Shown in pieces: positions 46,991 through 60,000 of a stretch of 64,000 nt of DNA (position 1 is the stretch's first letter; each line of letters begins with the position of its first letter). The position numbers were made by a program, and so were the translations under genes. The notes under the pieces are model-generated. The model was not told where the DNA came from, ran no database searches, and was given only the letters and a program-made list of their open reading frames with translations. The stretch comes from Catajapyx aquilonaris (taxonomy: Eukaryota). The stretch lies in NCBI GenBank assembly GCA_000934665.2, contig KZ538551.1, positions 62,001 to 126,000 of the forward strand, read 5' to 3'.

Positions 46991-49900
46991 GAAAAATAAT
47001 TTTCCAAATATGTGTAGGCGTGAGATTGTGTGGGTTTGGTGAGGCTACTAAGTGAAGCGGTTTGGAGATGCGAAAAGCACTGGGAATTATCGACCTGCAT
47101 CCACCTCCCGGTATACCCCTGGCAAGCAAGCAAGTAGAGAGAGAATCTCTCTCTCCCTCTCTCTCTTTCTCTTTCCTTCTCCCTCTCTCTCTGCAGGCCG
47201 GCAGGCTCTCGAGGTGTGAAATCCTTGCCATTGTATGCAAGGGGTTGTATCCCTCTGCTTGTGCCGCAGCCATCCATTTCCCTTCATTCGCTCCAGCAGT
47301 CACAGATCCTCCTTTTCCCTTATGATGCTCTACTGACCCTCGTCTCTACATCACACAGAACAAATTTCATGCTATTTCGCACCCATCCAATATCAATTTT
47401 GTACCAGTTTCGTACCAATTTTATATCAATTTCTTTATCAACTAGTAGCGGACCCGTTGCCAAATTTTGCCCCACCCCTCCCCCAGCTTGGACGTAGTAC
47501 AATAGGCCACTACTATAGTTGGCCCCTCTGGACACTCCTGCCACTTTCAGGATGAAAGTAGTACTATATGCACGTTGGTGATGAGTCACCGCCCGAATAA
47601 AGCCCACCAGATCGGTATAATTATACTATGCCCTCTAATTTGTAGAACAGGGATTCAAATGAAAGCTATGGTTCTGCATAATATGATGATTTCATACCCA
47701 TTACTGACTTCGCAGGTCAAAGGTCACTAGCCATTGTCTATTCTGGCTCTATTTTGGCGTTCTAGTCCTGTAAGAACATGGAGAGCTCGGGGCCATTTCA
47801 ATCCGCGAGTCCATTAATGATGCCGAATCAGGCTCAACCCGCCCACATTCTCATTACCTAAAAGCATTAAGGTCATTAATCTGCGCAGGCCTTTTCCACA
47901 TAATATAAGTGTGATTGGAGGGAAGGGCTATTAGTGAGAGGCCAAGCTGCAACCCCCACCCCCCCCTTAAAAAAAGTGCGTTGAGAAGAGAGAAAAAAAA
48001 TATTGTTTAGTTTTCTTGGGGTGCCATTACTGGTTGAGTGCCGTCTGTTGTTGGCAGGACCTCCCACTGCAGATTAATACCAGCCGAGCTAAGAGGCCGA
48101 TGAATCTACTAATCGTCAATTAAGCACCGGGGAAGGACCTCTCAGAACCATTCCCACACCCGTTAGATCAAGCCATGTTGTTACAACCCATTAGATTGGA
48201 TATAACAAAAAAAAATGGATCTATGCCCCCCAAACACGTTTTGAGAAAATGGACCAATCAAGTGTTATCGAGATTAACTTTTCCGCACAGATGCGCACTG
48301 GTCCCAGCTTCATTTTTTCTTGATTCGAAATACAACTGAACAACCACGGAGCTGGCTGGATGCGGATTGATTCGTTGTGTGGGAAGCGGACACGAACACA
48401 ACAAAGAGCTGACTATTTCATTTGTGTGCATCTGATACGTGACAATTTGGCGGGGAAATGGCTGAATCCTTACAAACTCATTTTTTGGGTTGTTTTGTTG
48501 GAGGCGGAAAAATAGGAACGATTGTGCAATCAATGTCTGCTGACTTCAAATAGTGTGGCGAATAGAAATGGGGAGAAAATTTGCGGTTATTTAAAAACTA
48601 ACACTTAAAAAAATGATGGAATCGTATTTATTAAGGGGTCAAGCATTAATGAATTTATAATGTGTGCGTATAAAAGAGGGTTAAGATTAATCTCTAGTTA
48701 GAGTCAAAAAAGGGGCGTTAATGTGTAAGTACAGCTAGTGCTTAAGCCATCTTCATAAAACCGACCGTTACTGCGTTGTAATTTTTACGAGTTAAAAACA
48801 TCTCTCTAAAAGTCCAAATCGAACGAAATGAACGTATTTTTCCTGATCGTTCCGGAACTGTCCCGTAATGTCAACCGGATTAGCACGAAGAGAAGCAAAT
48901 GTAAACATCATTATGATGAAGTCTACGCCTAAACAATATCGAATTTCTCTAGAGATGAAGACTGCTTGATAAACACGTTCTCTCGTGACTTTTAAGTACA
49001 CAGTACTTATAATTATGACCAACGTTGTAAAGAAAAAGCAGTTACTTTGCTCTCTTTTAAAGTAACGCAATCATGCAGTGAGCTGCAGTTTCATTACAGC
49101 AACATATCATGCAGTAGAGTAATCATGTTACTGTAGTGAAGCACCAGCCCGTGTCGTGTCACGTTCAGTCACTGTAATGCAGTGCAATCAAAATACTGAC
49201 TAATGGTAATGGAATTGAACCTGTGCGCATACTGTTCGTACAAATAATTTAGTTTCACCTGAGAGTACACACGAACCTTTTTGGACAGTTCAAGTGAACT
49301 TAAGTATTGATAATAATTATTCCTACTTTTTTAAACTATTGACAATAATTACATATGAAATTAGTAGTCAGTTACGGATTTATGCATTCTTGTGATCACT
49401 TTTGAAGCACCTTGTCGAGAGCTAATAGCGCCTAACTTGCCCACTTCCCGTTGAACAAGAGAGGCTCTTAGGTTGCGTACTTTCCAGGATGAACAGCTCT
49501 GATTCCATGGGAAGAGCTGGAGGGCCACTTCTCTCCATTTTTTTTTTTTAAGCAACGAACTTTTCAACCAAAGGTTCAATCACTTTCGGATACAGACAGT
49601 TCCGGGAACAGTTTTTTATATATATATAAAAGTGATCGCCATTTTGCTTCCAAGTCTAAATCTGGTTGGGAGGTAAAATGAGCCACGTGTTGGGGGAGGC
49701 TTCTTCCTAAATCGTTCCTAGGGTCAAGTTTCGCTCGCTCGTCCTTGATCAACTGAAATGAAAGTGTAGTATCCCAGGGCTATAAAACGCAGTTAAACTC
49801 GGAAGGGAGGGAGGGGGGAGAGGAAAAAAAGAGGGAAGAAGGAAGCTTTCTTCCCATCTCTCCAACCCGGAAAAATAAAGTGGAAAAGAAGCAGCTTCTC

Positions 49901-52900
49901 TTCTCTTCTCTTGACTTGGCGCATTCCAGCCTCTCCCTCCTCGAACTAAGCCATCAACTTTGCACGTTTGCATAGGCTTAATGTCGCATTAGGCGATAAT
50001 TTACAGATCCTCAACTCATTACTATTCACGGCATCATCAGTTAAAACCTTCCAAATTTAGTGAGGAAGAGGATTACCTCCGAGGAAAACGAGGCGAAGAA
50101 GAAAAGTAAGAAAATAAGTGCACTATGTCCTTGCATCATCAGGAAGAAGAAAAATCTAAGATAAATCAGTGCGAGTTCGAAGTAATTAGCAAAGTATTGC
50201 TCCGAAGCAAACAAGTTCAGTTCCTGGAACAAAACGTACTGTACTGCCCACACAGTAACTTCTGTTTCCAAAGAAATTAAATGAAAAAGCAGCAGTCAAT
50301 TTCACGTTATTTTGTTGTTTGCTCATTTTTGTTCAACTTTATTAGCGTAATTTGCTTTACATGTCTTCCTACATAATTATTATAGTGAAATTGACTTTTC
50401 CAGCGACATCCAATGTGAAAACTGATCTTTGTTGAAATATAACTATGGTCCATCCGGAAGCGTACTTGAGCTCCTTCAAATAATACTAGATGAGACCCTG
50501 CCAACTTCTCCCTCATGGGATGGAGGATACCTATCACAAGGAGAAGCCGGCGGTAATGGCCCCCACTCAAGTATCAAATTTCGGGGGGACGACCCATCAT
50601 CTACTGACTTAACAACCCTAGGCATTACGTTACTAAATAAACTGTCGGGAGGTGTGTTTTTAGCCGATAACGTCACTCGGCATAAGCCCGCAATAATTTC
50701 CACGTCGGTTTTTCTGGGTGTGTACGTAATTAAAGAACCTCCTTTTGTTAGTATACTACTTATACTGCTAGTAGCTGCTACTAACTACAAAAGTGTGAAG
50801 AATAAACGAAATGAATGTACTTTGGCTCTATAGGTTTGAGTCTCTGTTTGTCCGCGGTGAGTCATGCAACGACCCTGAGAGTGGCAAATGCGCCATCTGT
50901 CTGAGTAATTTGGTACTAAAGGCAGGGTGGCCAGATTGAACAGATTGTTTTTTTCTTCTTCTCAAAGTGTGTGAGGGTTGCATTTTTTTCCCCCCCATCG
51001 ACTTCATTCCTGACTCCTTCCGCAGGCGAGAGAACCCCGGGTTTGCCCTTGGAGGGTGGGGCTTGGCAGAAGCACAGTTCGGGATCATCGATCCAGCAGG
51101 GCTGCTAGCTGGCCCCATAGGGGACCAGACCAGGCAGTGCAGTGCAGGGGTGGGCTATACTGCAAACTAGAAACCTACCCCCCCTCGAAAAAAAACCCCC
51201 TCCTCTCATCCCTAAGCTTTGGACAAGTGGGCGCCAAACTCATCCTAATCACCCCCTGTCTTTTTGCACGGACCCCTCAAACGACCTGCGACCTTTCTGC
51301 TAACTAAAACTAGGCGATTGGAAGGCGGAAATGTGATCCTTTTGCACTACACGCTCCTCTGGTTTTCTCGTCGGAAGAGAGCTTTTAATTCTCCCAGTCG
51401 CCCCCCTCAATTCCGTAGTGGGTGGTTAGCAGTGGGGGAAGTTCCAGATAGATGATGTCCATTTCCGGCGTGGCAGGAGCCAAAACCTCGTTTTTTCTCT
51501 AGTATTTCGACTGATGTGCGGTGAGAGGTTATTCACTGGTACTATGCCCTCCGTATGACCACCTTCACTTACAGCGAAGGTGGTCATCGGGAGGGCCACT
51601 CTTGGAGGCTAATTTGAGCTGCAGGTATGCTACCTTGCTCATTTCCACGTGGGTAACTCACCTCATTGTTGGTATACCAGAGCTCTCTCGGTTTTATTTT
51701 TTTGCGACCGGTTTTTGTTTGCTGAACGCTCTGGATTATCTTGGGGGGGACTTGCTGGGTGCAAAACCTTTGACGTGTCCCCCCTCTACTAACCCTGGAA
51801 AAAGTTGGGTGGCTGTGGTCTTGGTGGCCATGTTTTCATTGCGGATCTAGACTAGGGGGTAGGGGGGGTTGCCCATAATCTCCTCAATCCCGAGGAGACG
51901 CTTTTGTGCAGTATAATCGACTCATATAAACCGGACGCTCATTTACATCCGTGCTGGTCAAGCCAACGTGAAGTAATCAAACCAGCCCTCAAAAAATTGT
52001 GTACACTTTTTTGCGCAATATTTCGGCCAACAAAATGAGAGAGAAAAACAGCTACACACAGGAAATTATAACAGATGGTTAAGATACTTACATTATATTA
52101 TATTAATTGTAATTTTTCTGGTGGAATAATTGAATTTAACGTGCTCGTGCTTTGGGCCCTATCTGGACCCCCCATATTGGTGCAGCTGTGATTCTCGCAT
52201 TCCCGGAATGGTTCAAAAATTGACAGGAGTTAATTATCGACCGGCGTTTGGGATTCCTGCGGTTCAGAGCCTGGCCTAACACTGTTTGCAGCGTGTGTTC
52301 CGCTCGTAACCAGAAGAAAATAGGATGTGCTGCAATTGCGCATACTTTCGCCCCCCAAAACCTTTTTTTTTGGAAAATAATGAATCGGCATCATACATAG
52401 AATTGGCTCGAGTCTGTGCCTCTGTTTTGTCCTGGGTTAGTCATCTATGTGAGGAATAGGGTACTACATTTTGGTACGGGATTGTGAATCATAAATTAAG
52501 AGCCGAATCTGCAGCTTTGTGATGTCAAAATGGGGGGCGCTAGAAAGGACCATTAGTCGTCTCAACTATAGCCTGGACTATAGTCCCTTGTTATATATAT
52601 AAAAAGAAGGAGAAGATCGATGGCACAGCATCAGCGCGATCGAGACGCAACAGCTTTAATGGGAATACGGGGAAAAAGAAATTCATTTCACGCCTCCGGA
52701 AACTCTCCCACCATTTTTTTCCCCCTCCTTCTTCCAGAGCTTCCAGGTTTTCTCCCCGCCGGGTTTCAAACTAAGGGGCTTCCCAAAAAAAAAAAAACTT
52801 TTTATGGTTTTCCATGGCAAACGAGCGTAATTCTAATTAAAAATCCCGCATAAACTTGAAGAAACTTATTCCCCATCTGTTTCAATAGAAGGAGGGGAAA

Positions 52901-55900
52901 AAAAAGAGAGAAGAAATATTTTTTTTGAACGTCGCAACTGTGGTATTTATCTTCAGGTCGAACTTTTTCCCTTCTTCAGAATTAGAAGAAGAAGAAAAAA
53001 AAATCCGGGAGTAGTTTGGATGAAATTACCGGTGTTAAATTAACGTTGCACTACCGCAGCTGCAGTGACTGCAAGTTTGGCAAGTTTATTACTCTCCGGC
53101 TCCACCGCTTAATGTACAATGTCTTACTACACTAGCAGCTAATTAAACCTTGTGAAGCAAAAATAAAAAATGTAGCATAGGGTACTACACCACGTCGTAC
53201 TTTATACTTTGCAAAAATCGTCCGGCTCGAACATGCCAATTGATCTGTAATATTTGCAACTATTACTGTTTTCGCCTGGCAATTCCATGCAAAAGTGGTA
53301 AACATGAATTAAAGCGCACCTAAACAAACAAAAAAGAAATACAGAAATAAAAATGTAAAGAAATAAACTGAATGACATATAAATGAATTAAATTACAAAA
53401 ATTCATTGCGAAAAAATTGAGTAATTGCAAAATAAAAATAAATTGTCAAATAATAAATAATCTTGAGTAAGAAGTTAAAATAGAATCGATGTATATTTTT
53501 ACAATAACTTAAAATAAGTTTAAAAAATATTTTAATAGATAAAATAAAGCAAAGTCGTATAAATGACTAAAATAAATTATGTTAATATATAAATGAAGCC
53601 AATGATTTTAAATCAATAAAATAAAATGCATAAATCTTACGAGTATAAGGAATAAATACATTTCACAAAATATTGTGCAGAAGACTGGAATCTCGAAGTG
53701 AGCAGTTTATTTTGAGAGCGTTTACAGTTCGTACGGATATTCAAGTTTCTCTTCTCTTTTTTTTACTGTGCAATAACAACTTGTTCCGGCATACAACTCG
53801 TGTAAGCCTGTCTCTCTTTTAGTTTTTTTCTCTCTCTATTTTTTTCCACGTGCCGTATTACACCCACAATGAAACAGCTGCAAGTTTTCCCATGCGGATC
53901 CCTCCAACCACAGCGATAACAGTTAGCCCGAGACTTCGACTACCAATATTTTTGCTCCACCCACCACCAAAAAAAAACTTCACGTCATTGCGACGATTCT
54001 TTTCGTCGAGTCTCATCCTCAGATTACCACCAGCCCGTGACTGTTGACTTCGTCAAAAAAAAAAGTGTACACGACCGAATAGGGAAAATAGCCGTTAAAG
54101 AAAGTTCACTTTTAGACTTTTTTTTCAGTCTCTTTTTTTTACCCCCACTGCGACGACTAACAGTGACACAAAAATCCTTTTACATCCGAAATCAAATCCC
54201 AGCAAATCGTTTAAACTTTCCTGTCAACAGAACCACCCCTCCAAAAGTCGCTTTCGGGCATTTTCCAGCCCCACAGACTTTGGTACTCTCCCCCTCCCTC
54301 CCTCTCTGTGAAGAGAGAATCTGTCGCTGCTCCTAATCGAAGCCATGTTTGGGGGGGTCCTTTATTCTCTTTTTGTAGGTGACCGGAAGTAGGGAAATCA
54401 AGAGCTGGCCGGATTCTGAGGGGTTTTTGCTTGATATTTTTATCCGGTTCTGCTGGCTGGGTTGATCATTTCCGGACAGACGACGACATGCCCCGAAAAA
54501 ACATGTGGGCTGAACAATGACTGCCAAACAGTTCAGAATTAGTCGATTCCCATGAAAGAAGAAGGAAAACTGGAAAAAGAAACATATCAAGCAATTTCTA
54601 AATTTTTAGGCAAAATTTCAGGTCTTATGAATTCGATTCGGATATTAAAAGTGGCAATAAATAGAGACCACATTTTTGCATAAATGTCATTTTTGATGAC
54701 ATTTTTGCATTAATTGCATATCGTGTATAAATGGCACTTTTTGCATTCATGTCATTTTTTGTATAAATGGCATTTTATGCATAAGTTTCGTCTTCTATTA
54801 ATATAATTTTTGCATTAATGTAATTTTTCATAAATGCCATTTTTTTCATCAAGGGAATCTGCCTTTCTATGAAATAACTTTTTTATTATTAAATCAGTTC
54901 GTTATAAAAATGTAGACTACTCTTTTTCGCAAAGGCTGAATCAATACGTTCATAATTGATATTTCCTGTTCATTAGCGGAATCGGATGGAATAACCTTTT
55001 CTCGCCTGAGTGATGAAACGATCGGGAGAAATTTTTTGTGCAAAAAAAGTTATCAGAAACGTAACCTTTGCGTGCAAATTTTTTTTAGCTGTCTTCTTCC
55101 CTCATTTTTTTAGACCGTTCAAGGAGGATCGATGAATCCGTAAAAGTGATCTCCGAGGTTTTCGTCGCAGGATCGGCTTGACAGAACTTGACGTCGGTTT
55201 TTGTTTGGCGAATTTTACCCCCCACAAATTGGCCTGTTTTTTTTGCCAAAAGAAAGGCAGAACACTCCACAACTTTAAAACGAACCGTGTTTTGAAGCCA
55301 GACTGGCCAACCTCATTTCCAGATAATTATGTCCCTTTTTCCCCTCGCCCAAATTAATAACTGGAGAGTTTTCTTAACGAAGTGCGCATATAAATGCCCC
55401 CCCTTTTCGGGCGAAAATGGTGAAAATAAGAGAACTTTTATTTTCTGAAGTCTAGTGGTCTGCCAGAAAGAGATAAACGCAGCTGTTTAGTTGGAGAATA
55501 AAAAGGACTTGGAATCAATGGAAAAAAGAAAAGAGGGCGTCGCGGTGCCTTCCACAGCAGGACAGCAATAAAAAAAACGAAGCCTTTGCAAAAGACTATT
55601 TTTTTGCACTATCCATGAACCGAGTTTGCGAAAATAGCTCTCAGAGGACTATCCTCTACAGTAAAATATAATTCACATCCTGTATCTTTCTCCGGGAATA
55701 TTTTATGGCCTGTTATTATTCCTCGACGTCACGTTTTTTGTCATTTCAACTCGGCTACATTTTTGCAGGTTTTTTTTTTGCGCTGAAATTTTTGTTGGTT
55801 AGTCTGTATGCTCGTGCATAATGCCAAAAAATTATTCGCCAAAGATTCGCGGAATAAACTGAATTATTTTTGCACAACGGTTTTCGCATTTTAAATTTCT

Positions 55901-56814
55901 GCGTGAACCTTTTTTTTGCAGATAAAAAAAATTCGGACTACACAGTTTCTGGCAGCCACTGAATTTTTAGAGCTTTTCACACACGTTGCGTATACACATT
56001 TCAATACATGCAACACCGACCCTGGGCTGAGCTGTATTCATGAGATCTGCGTTGAAAATTTTCGGCGGGGCAAAAGTCTCACAGGCCGTGTGGTAATGCA
56101 ATATTCTGGTGTAATAAAGCGTGCAATTGTGTTTAAAAAATTAGATTAGAGGTGCAATAAAAATTTTCATGATGATTTATTTAAAGGAGCACAACCGAGT
56201 GCGCACCACAGTTGGCGCCGCTTGCACGGTTGGAATTATGAAGCTGCGCGAGTGTGGGTGCGCACTCGGTTGCTTTTTTACTTGAATTCGTTTAATTTTT
56301 GGCCAGACTATACATGGCGTCACCTGGCCCATCGGTGTCAGCGTATCGATTCTCAATTAGGGGTACTGCTTGCGTACTACCACACCCTGTAATTACACAT
56401 AACATGGTACACATCCACGCCAGTCACTTCTGCTACCGGGTTTTCTGTCCGCGGCATTACCGGTGCATTAGTGCAGATTACGTGTTTTTTTTTCAGAGTG
56501 CGACCCATATTGAATTTTCGGGAGAGGGCCAATCCGAACCTTCCAAAAAAAAAAAAAAATCGGGTAGCATTTTCTCTGGATCCGCAGCCTCCCCACCATC
56601 ACACACTTTCATTCCTTTGAGTGCTCTGGCACATACTGTCACTGGCAGACCCCTCCTTTCAAACAGAGACACTATTTTGCTCCAGAGTTTTGTCACATCG
56701 GGCTAGCTGAGTGTAACATGGCTGAATGGGCGACAAGGTTTGATCCCATTGCATATTTCAGAGGCGTACCATTGCTGACAGGAAAATATATCTAGCAGAG
56801 GCAAGTCTAGTGCC

Positions 56815-57007
56815 GGACATTAATGGTGTCGTACTTGTGGCGCCACGAGCCGATGACGGCAAAAGAGCGGCTTATCAAACTTCACTCGCTCGAAATTCAC
56901 TCTCCTTACGTGTATTTTATCGTAACTTCATAAGTATACGGAGGGAAACTTTAGATTCGCTCTTTTCCCGACATCGTGGCGCCACCAGTACGACACCATT
57001 AATGTCC
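56815..57007. mobile_element. MITE-like element with 34-bp TIRs
   Basis: GGACATTAATGGTGTCGTACTTGTGGCGCCACGA and TCGTGGCGCCACCAGTACGACACCATTAATGTCC (one mismatch). Confidence 0.75.
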
Positions 57008-60000
57008 AGCACTGTTACTATCACTGAGCAAGTTATACTATTGCAGTCTATTCAATCTATTCCAATTGCGTGCCCGACACAGTGACAAATGCTGTTACTA
57101 TGTTTCGATCGCAACAAAAGCCATTCAATGAGCAGGATATTAACAGTGAAATCTGTTTCAAATTGCCAAAAAAAAAATTGTCGGATTGGCTCGAAATTAA
57201 TGTTTTAAAAACCCCTCCGTAATGATCTTAACGTGTGGCCAACGTATCTGTATTTAGGGCATTAAAAAGGTTGCATAAATGTATGCGGAAAATTTTCGAG
57301 CTCTGATCGCAAGCCAATTATTGTCATTGTTTATGAACCCCCCCCCNCCCCCCCCCCCCCACCACCCCTGGTTTTATTATTTGTGAACCCAGTCACACGT
57401 GGCAAAAACACTTGTCAGGGATTGAATTACCGCAAAACTCGCTTTTCAATTAATGCAGTACAACACTATGCCGTGCTGTAGAAAATCTATGTGTGTAATC
57501 CGCGGGGCTAAATATAGTGATGATAATCATTGCAGGGTTTAAGCCTCGGACATAGCCAGACCACTACTGGTCCTGCTGCTTCAAAAGCACACGAGTTCAA
57601 CCAGTGCTAAATTACAAGCTTGTCAGAGCTAGGGGTTCAGTGTGCAGAAAAATTTTCCCAAACTCTTTTTGTACCCTTCCCCTAGTTCTCCATTCGTTTC
57701 ACAACAACAGAAAATGTCCCCCCCCCCCCCCCNNNNNNNNNNNNNNNNNNNNNNNNNNNNNNNNNNNNNNNNNNCCCCCCCCCCTTCCAAAACCAAAAAC
57801 TTCCGACGCGCTTTTGCACTTGTTTCGCACTCCAAAAAACCGCAAAAACCCCGGCGGATAAAACAGCTCCAGTGTTATAAAAGGCACAATGCAAGTCTGT
57901 TGATGCTGAATATCTTGCAAGCTTTGTGCGAATAATGAACGTGTCATTAGACGTAGGGTTGGAATCGCATTAAATTCTGCATAATTTTTTTTGCATGAAA
58001 ATCTACTAGATGATCCAGATAAATTGATTATTTTTGTCGTTAAAATTATGCAGTGATTTTTTTGAACCCCCGATTAGCACTTATGCAATTAAGCGATTTG
58101 CACAATTTTACGCTATCAATCGTCCCTCAAAAATTTTTTCGCGGTCCTTTAAAAATTTCATAAATTTTCGCTTCGTGGTGAAGCTTCTGCTTCAAATCCA
58201 TACAAAAGTACAGTCAGTTAATGACTCGCCTGTACAGTTCAGCGTGATATTTGAGATTTCAGTCCGTGGGATACGTGGTCTTCAATTACTTCAAATGTTT
58301 ACTCTTCATACAGTATGCCCGCCATCAATAAAAAATTATACGAACTCATAACAAAATGTTCGTTTACTTAGTTATCTCCGCAAACAAAGGTATATTTTCA
58401 GGAAATATTGTTCATTTTGCTGCTATGAAACTGCGAGGTGTATGTAGTACCTGTCCCTCACACAGATGGCGTACTGCCACTTTCAAAGTTTACAGTTTAG
58501 GCCCTTTATGGAATCCGGTTTTCCTGATGATCAGTTTCGGTATTTGCTGTATAGAGTTGATCCGGAACCGATTTTCACCTGGCCCTCCAGATAAGCCCCG
58601 CACAACGATATGACCATCATGGTTTACTCCTCCATTAAAACCTCCCTTCCCTGATAAAGGGAACTCCGGGTATATAGGCGCCGGGCGCCAATGAATTAAA
58701 GTCCGTCGCAACAAAAGGAAAACGTTGAACATTATCCTCTCGGAGCTCCGCTGCTTTTATCGGATCTGAGCCCGGTTTCTATCCATGTGGGAGTTGGTCA
58801 ACCCTACTGGCTTTAGAATTACTTAATTAATGCGCTCTCTATAAAAAAACAGAAGTGCCTATAGTTTCCAACTTGGAAATCACTCCGTCCCTACAAACTT
58901 TACAAGAGGCAACTTTGCAGACTTTGGCAAAAATCTCCTGTTATGATAGCAAGCCAAAGGCACGCAGTCCGAATTGCCAATTGAGTTGGGTTTTTTTTTT
59001 GGTACTGCTGATGTCTCCCAGGCTGATGCCCCCTGCACTATTTCTTTTCTCCCCAACGTTCTTTCATTTCTTCCTTCTTGGGAGAGAGGACTTACATATG
59101 CAGGTCACGCTCCAAAAATACTGCCATCATCACTTACAGATTGCGCCACTGCGTCAGGACCTACCGGAAAAAAATCTCCGCATCTTTTTTTTTTTCGAGC
59201 CTTGCACCATATCGAAATGTAACATCTAGTTTTGATGCGAGTGGTTTCGATGGCCGCCACCGGTGGTAATGGGATCTATTATCGCGATTATGAAATATTG
59301 GGTCTCCTACCCATCGCCTGGCATTCAATGCCCCACTCCATGGATGGTAAATCAGCAGTAATTGTCATAAAACGTCAATAAAACGCACAGATTTTTTGGG
59401 GTACAAAATTTGGATTTTGGTGCACAAAACCGAAGCAAATACGTGCTGTTTACCTTAACTACACTGTTGGTGCAACCGGTCCTTAAGCCTCGATTAGCTG
59501 CTATTTAAGGAAGTACTACGCCTGCCATTAAGTTTGATACCAAGTTCACAGAGTAGCCAGTCTCACATGCGCCGACTGGAGCGACTAATCCATCATTGCT
59601 CCCCATTTAAGGGCTGGTCACTCACCGTTAGTATGTGTCCCCCGTCGGTATAGCACCGTCTCACAGCACGTTTTCCTCTGCACCTTATCGGAAAGGAGTC
59701 CCAAGAGGCACTGGCACGAGCCAACTGATCTGAGGGGGTCCAGTGACCAGCAAAATAAAGAGAGGGGGGGGAGAGAGAGGGAGGGAGAAAAGAGGAGACC
59801 CTTCTTTTCTTTTTCTCCTCCCCATCTGCGATCCCTCCCCTCCTCCTCCTCCTCTTTTCCTTCCACAGCATCCGTCCCCCTTCCGTCCTTTTCGCAGCAA
59901 AAGCCACACCTGCCCTCCATGTGACCACAGCAGCTGAAGGAAGGTAGGTTTACCTGGGGGTACCTCTCTTGTCTGTGGCTGCATTCGCGTGCCTAACCCA

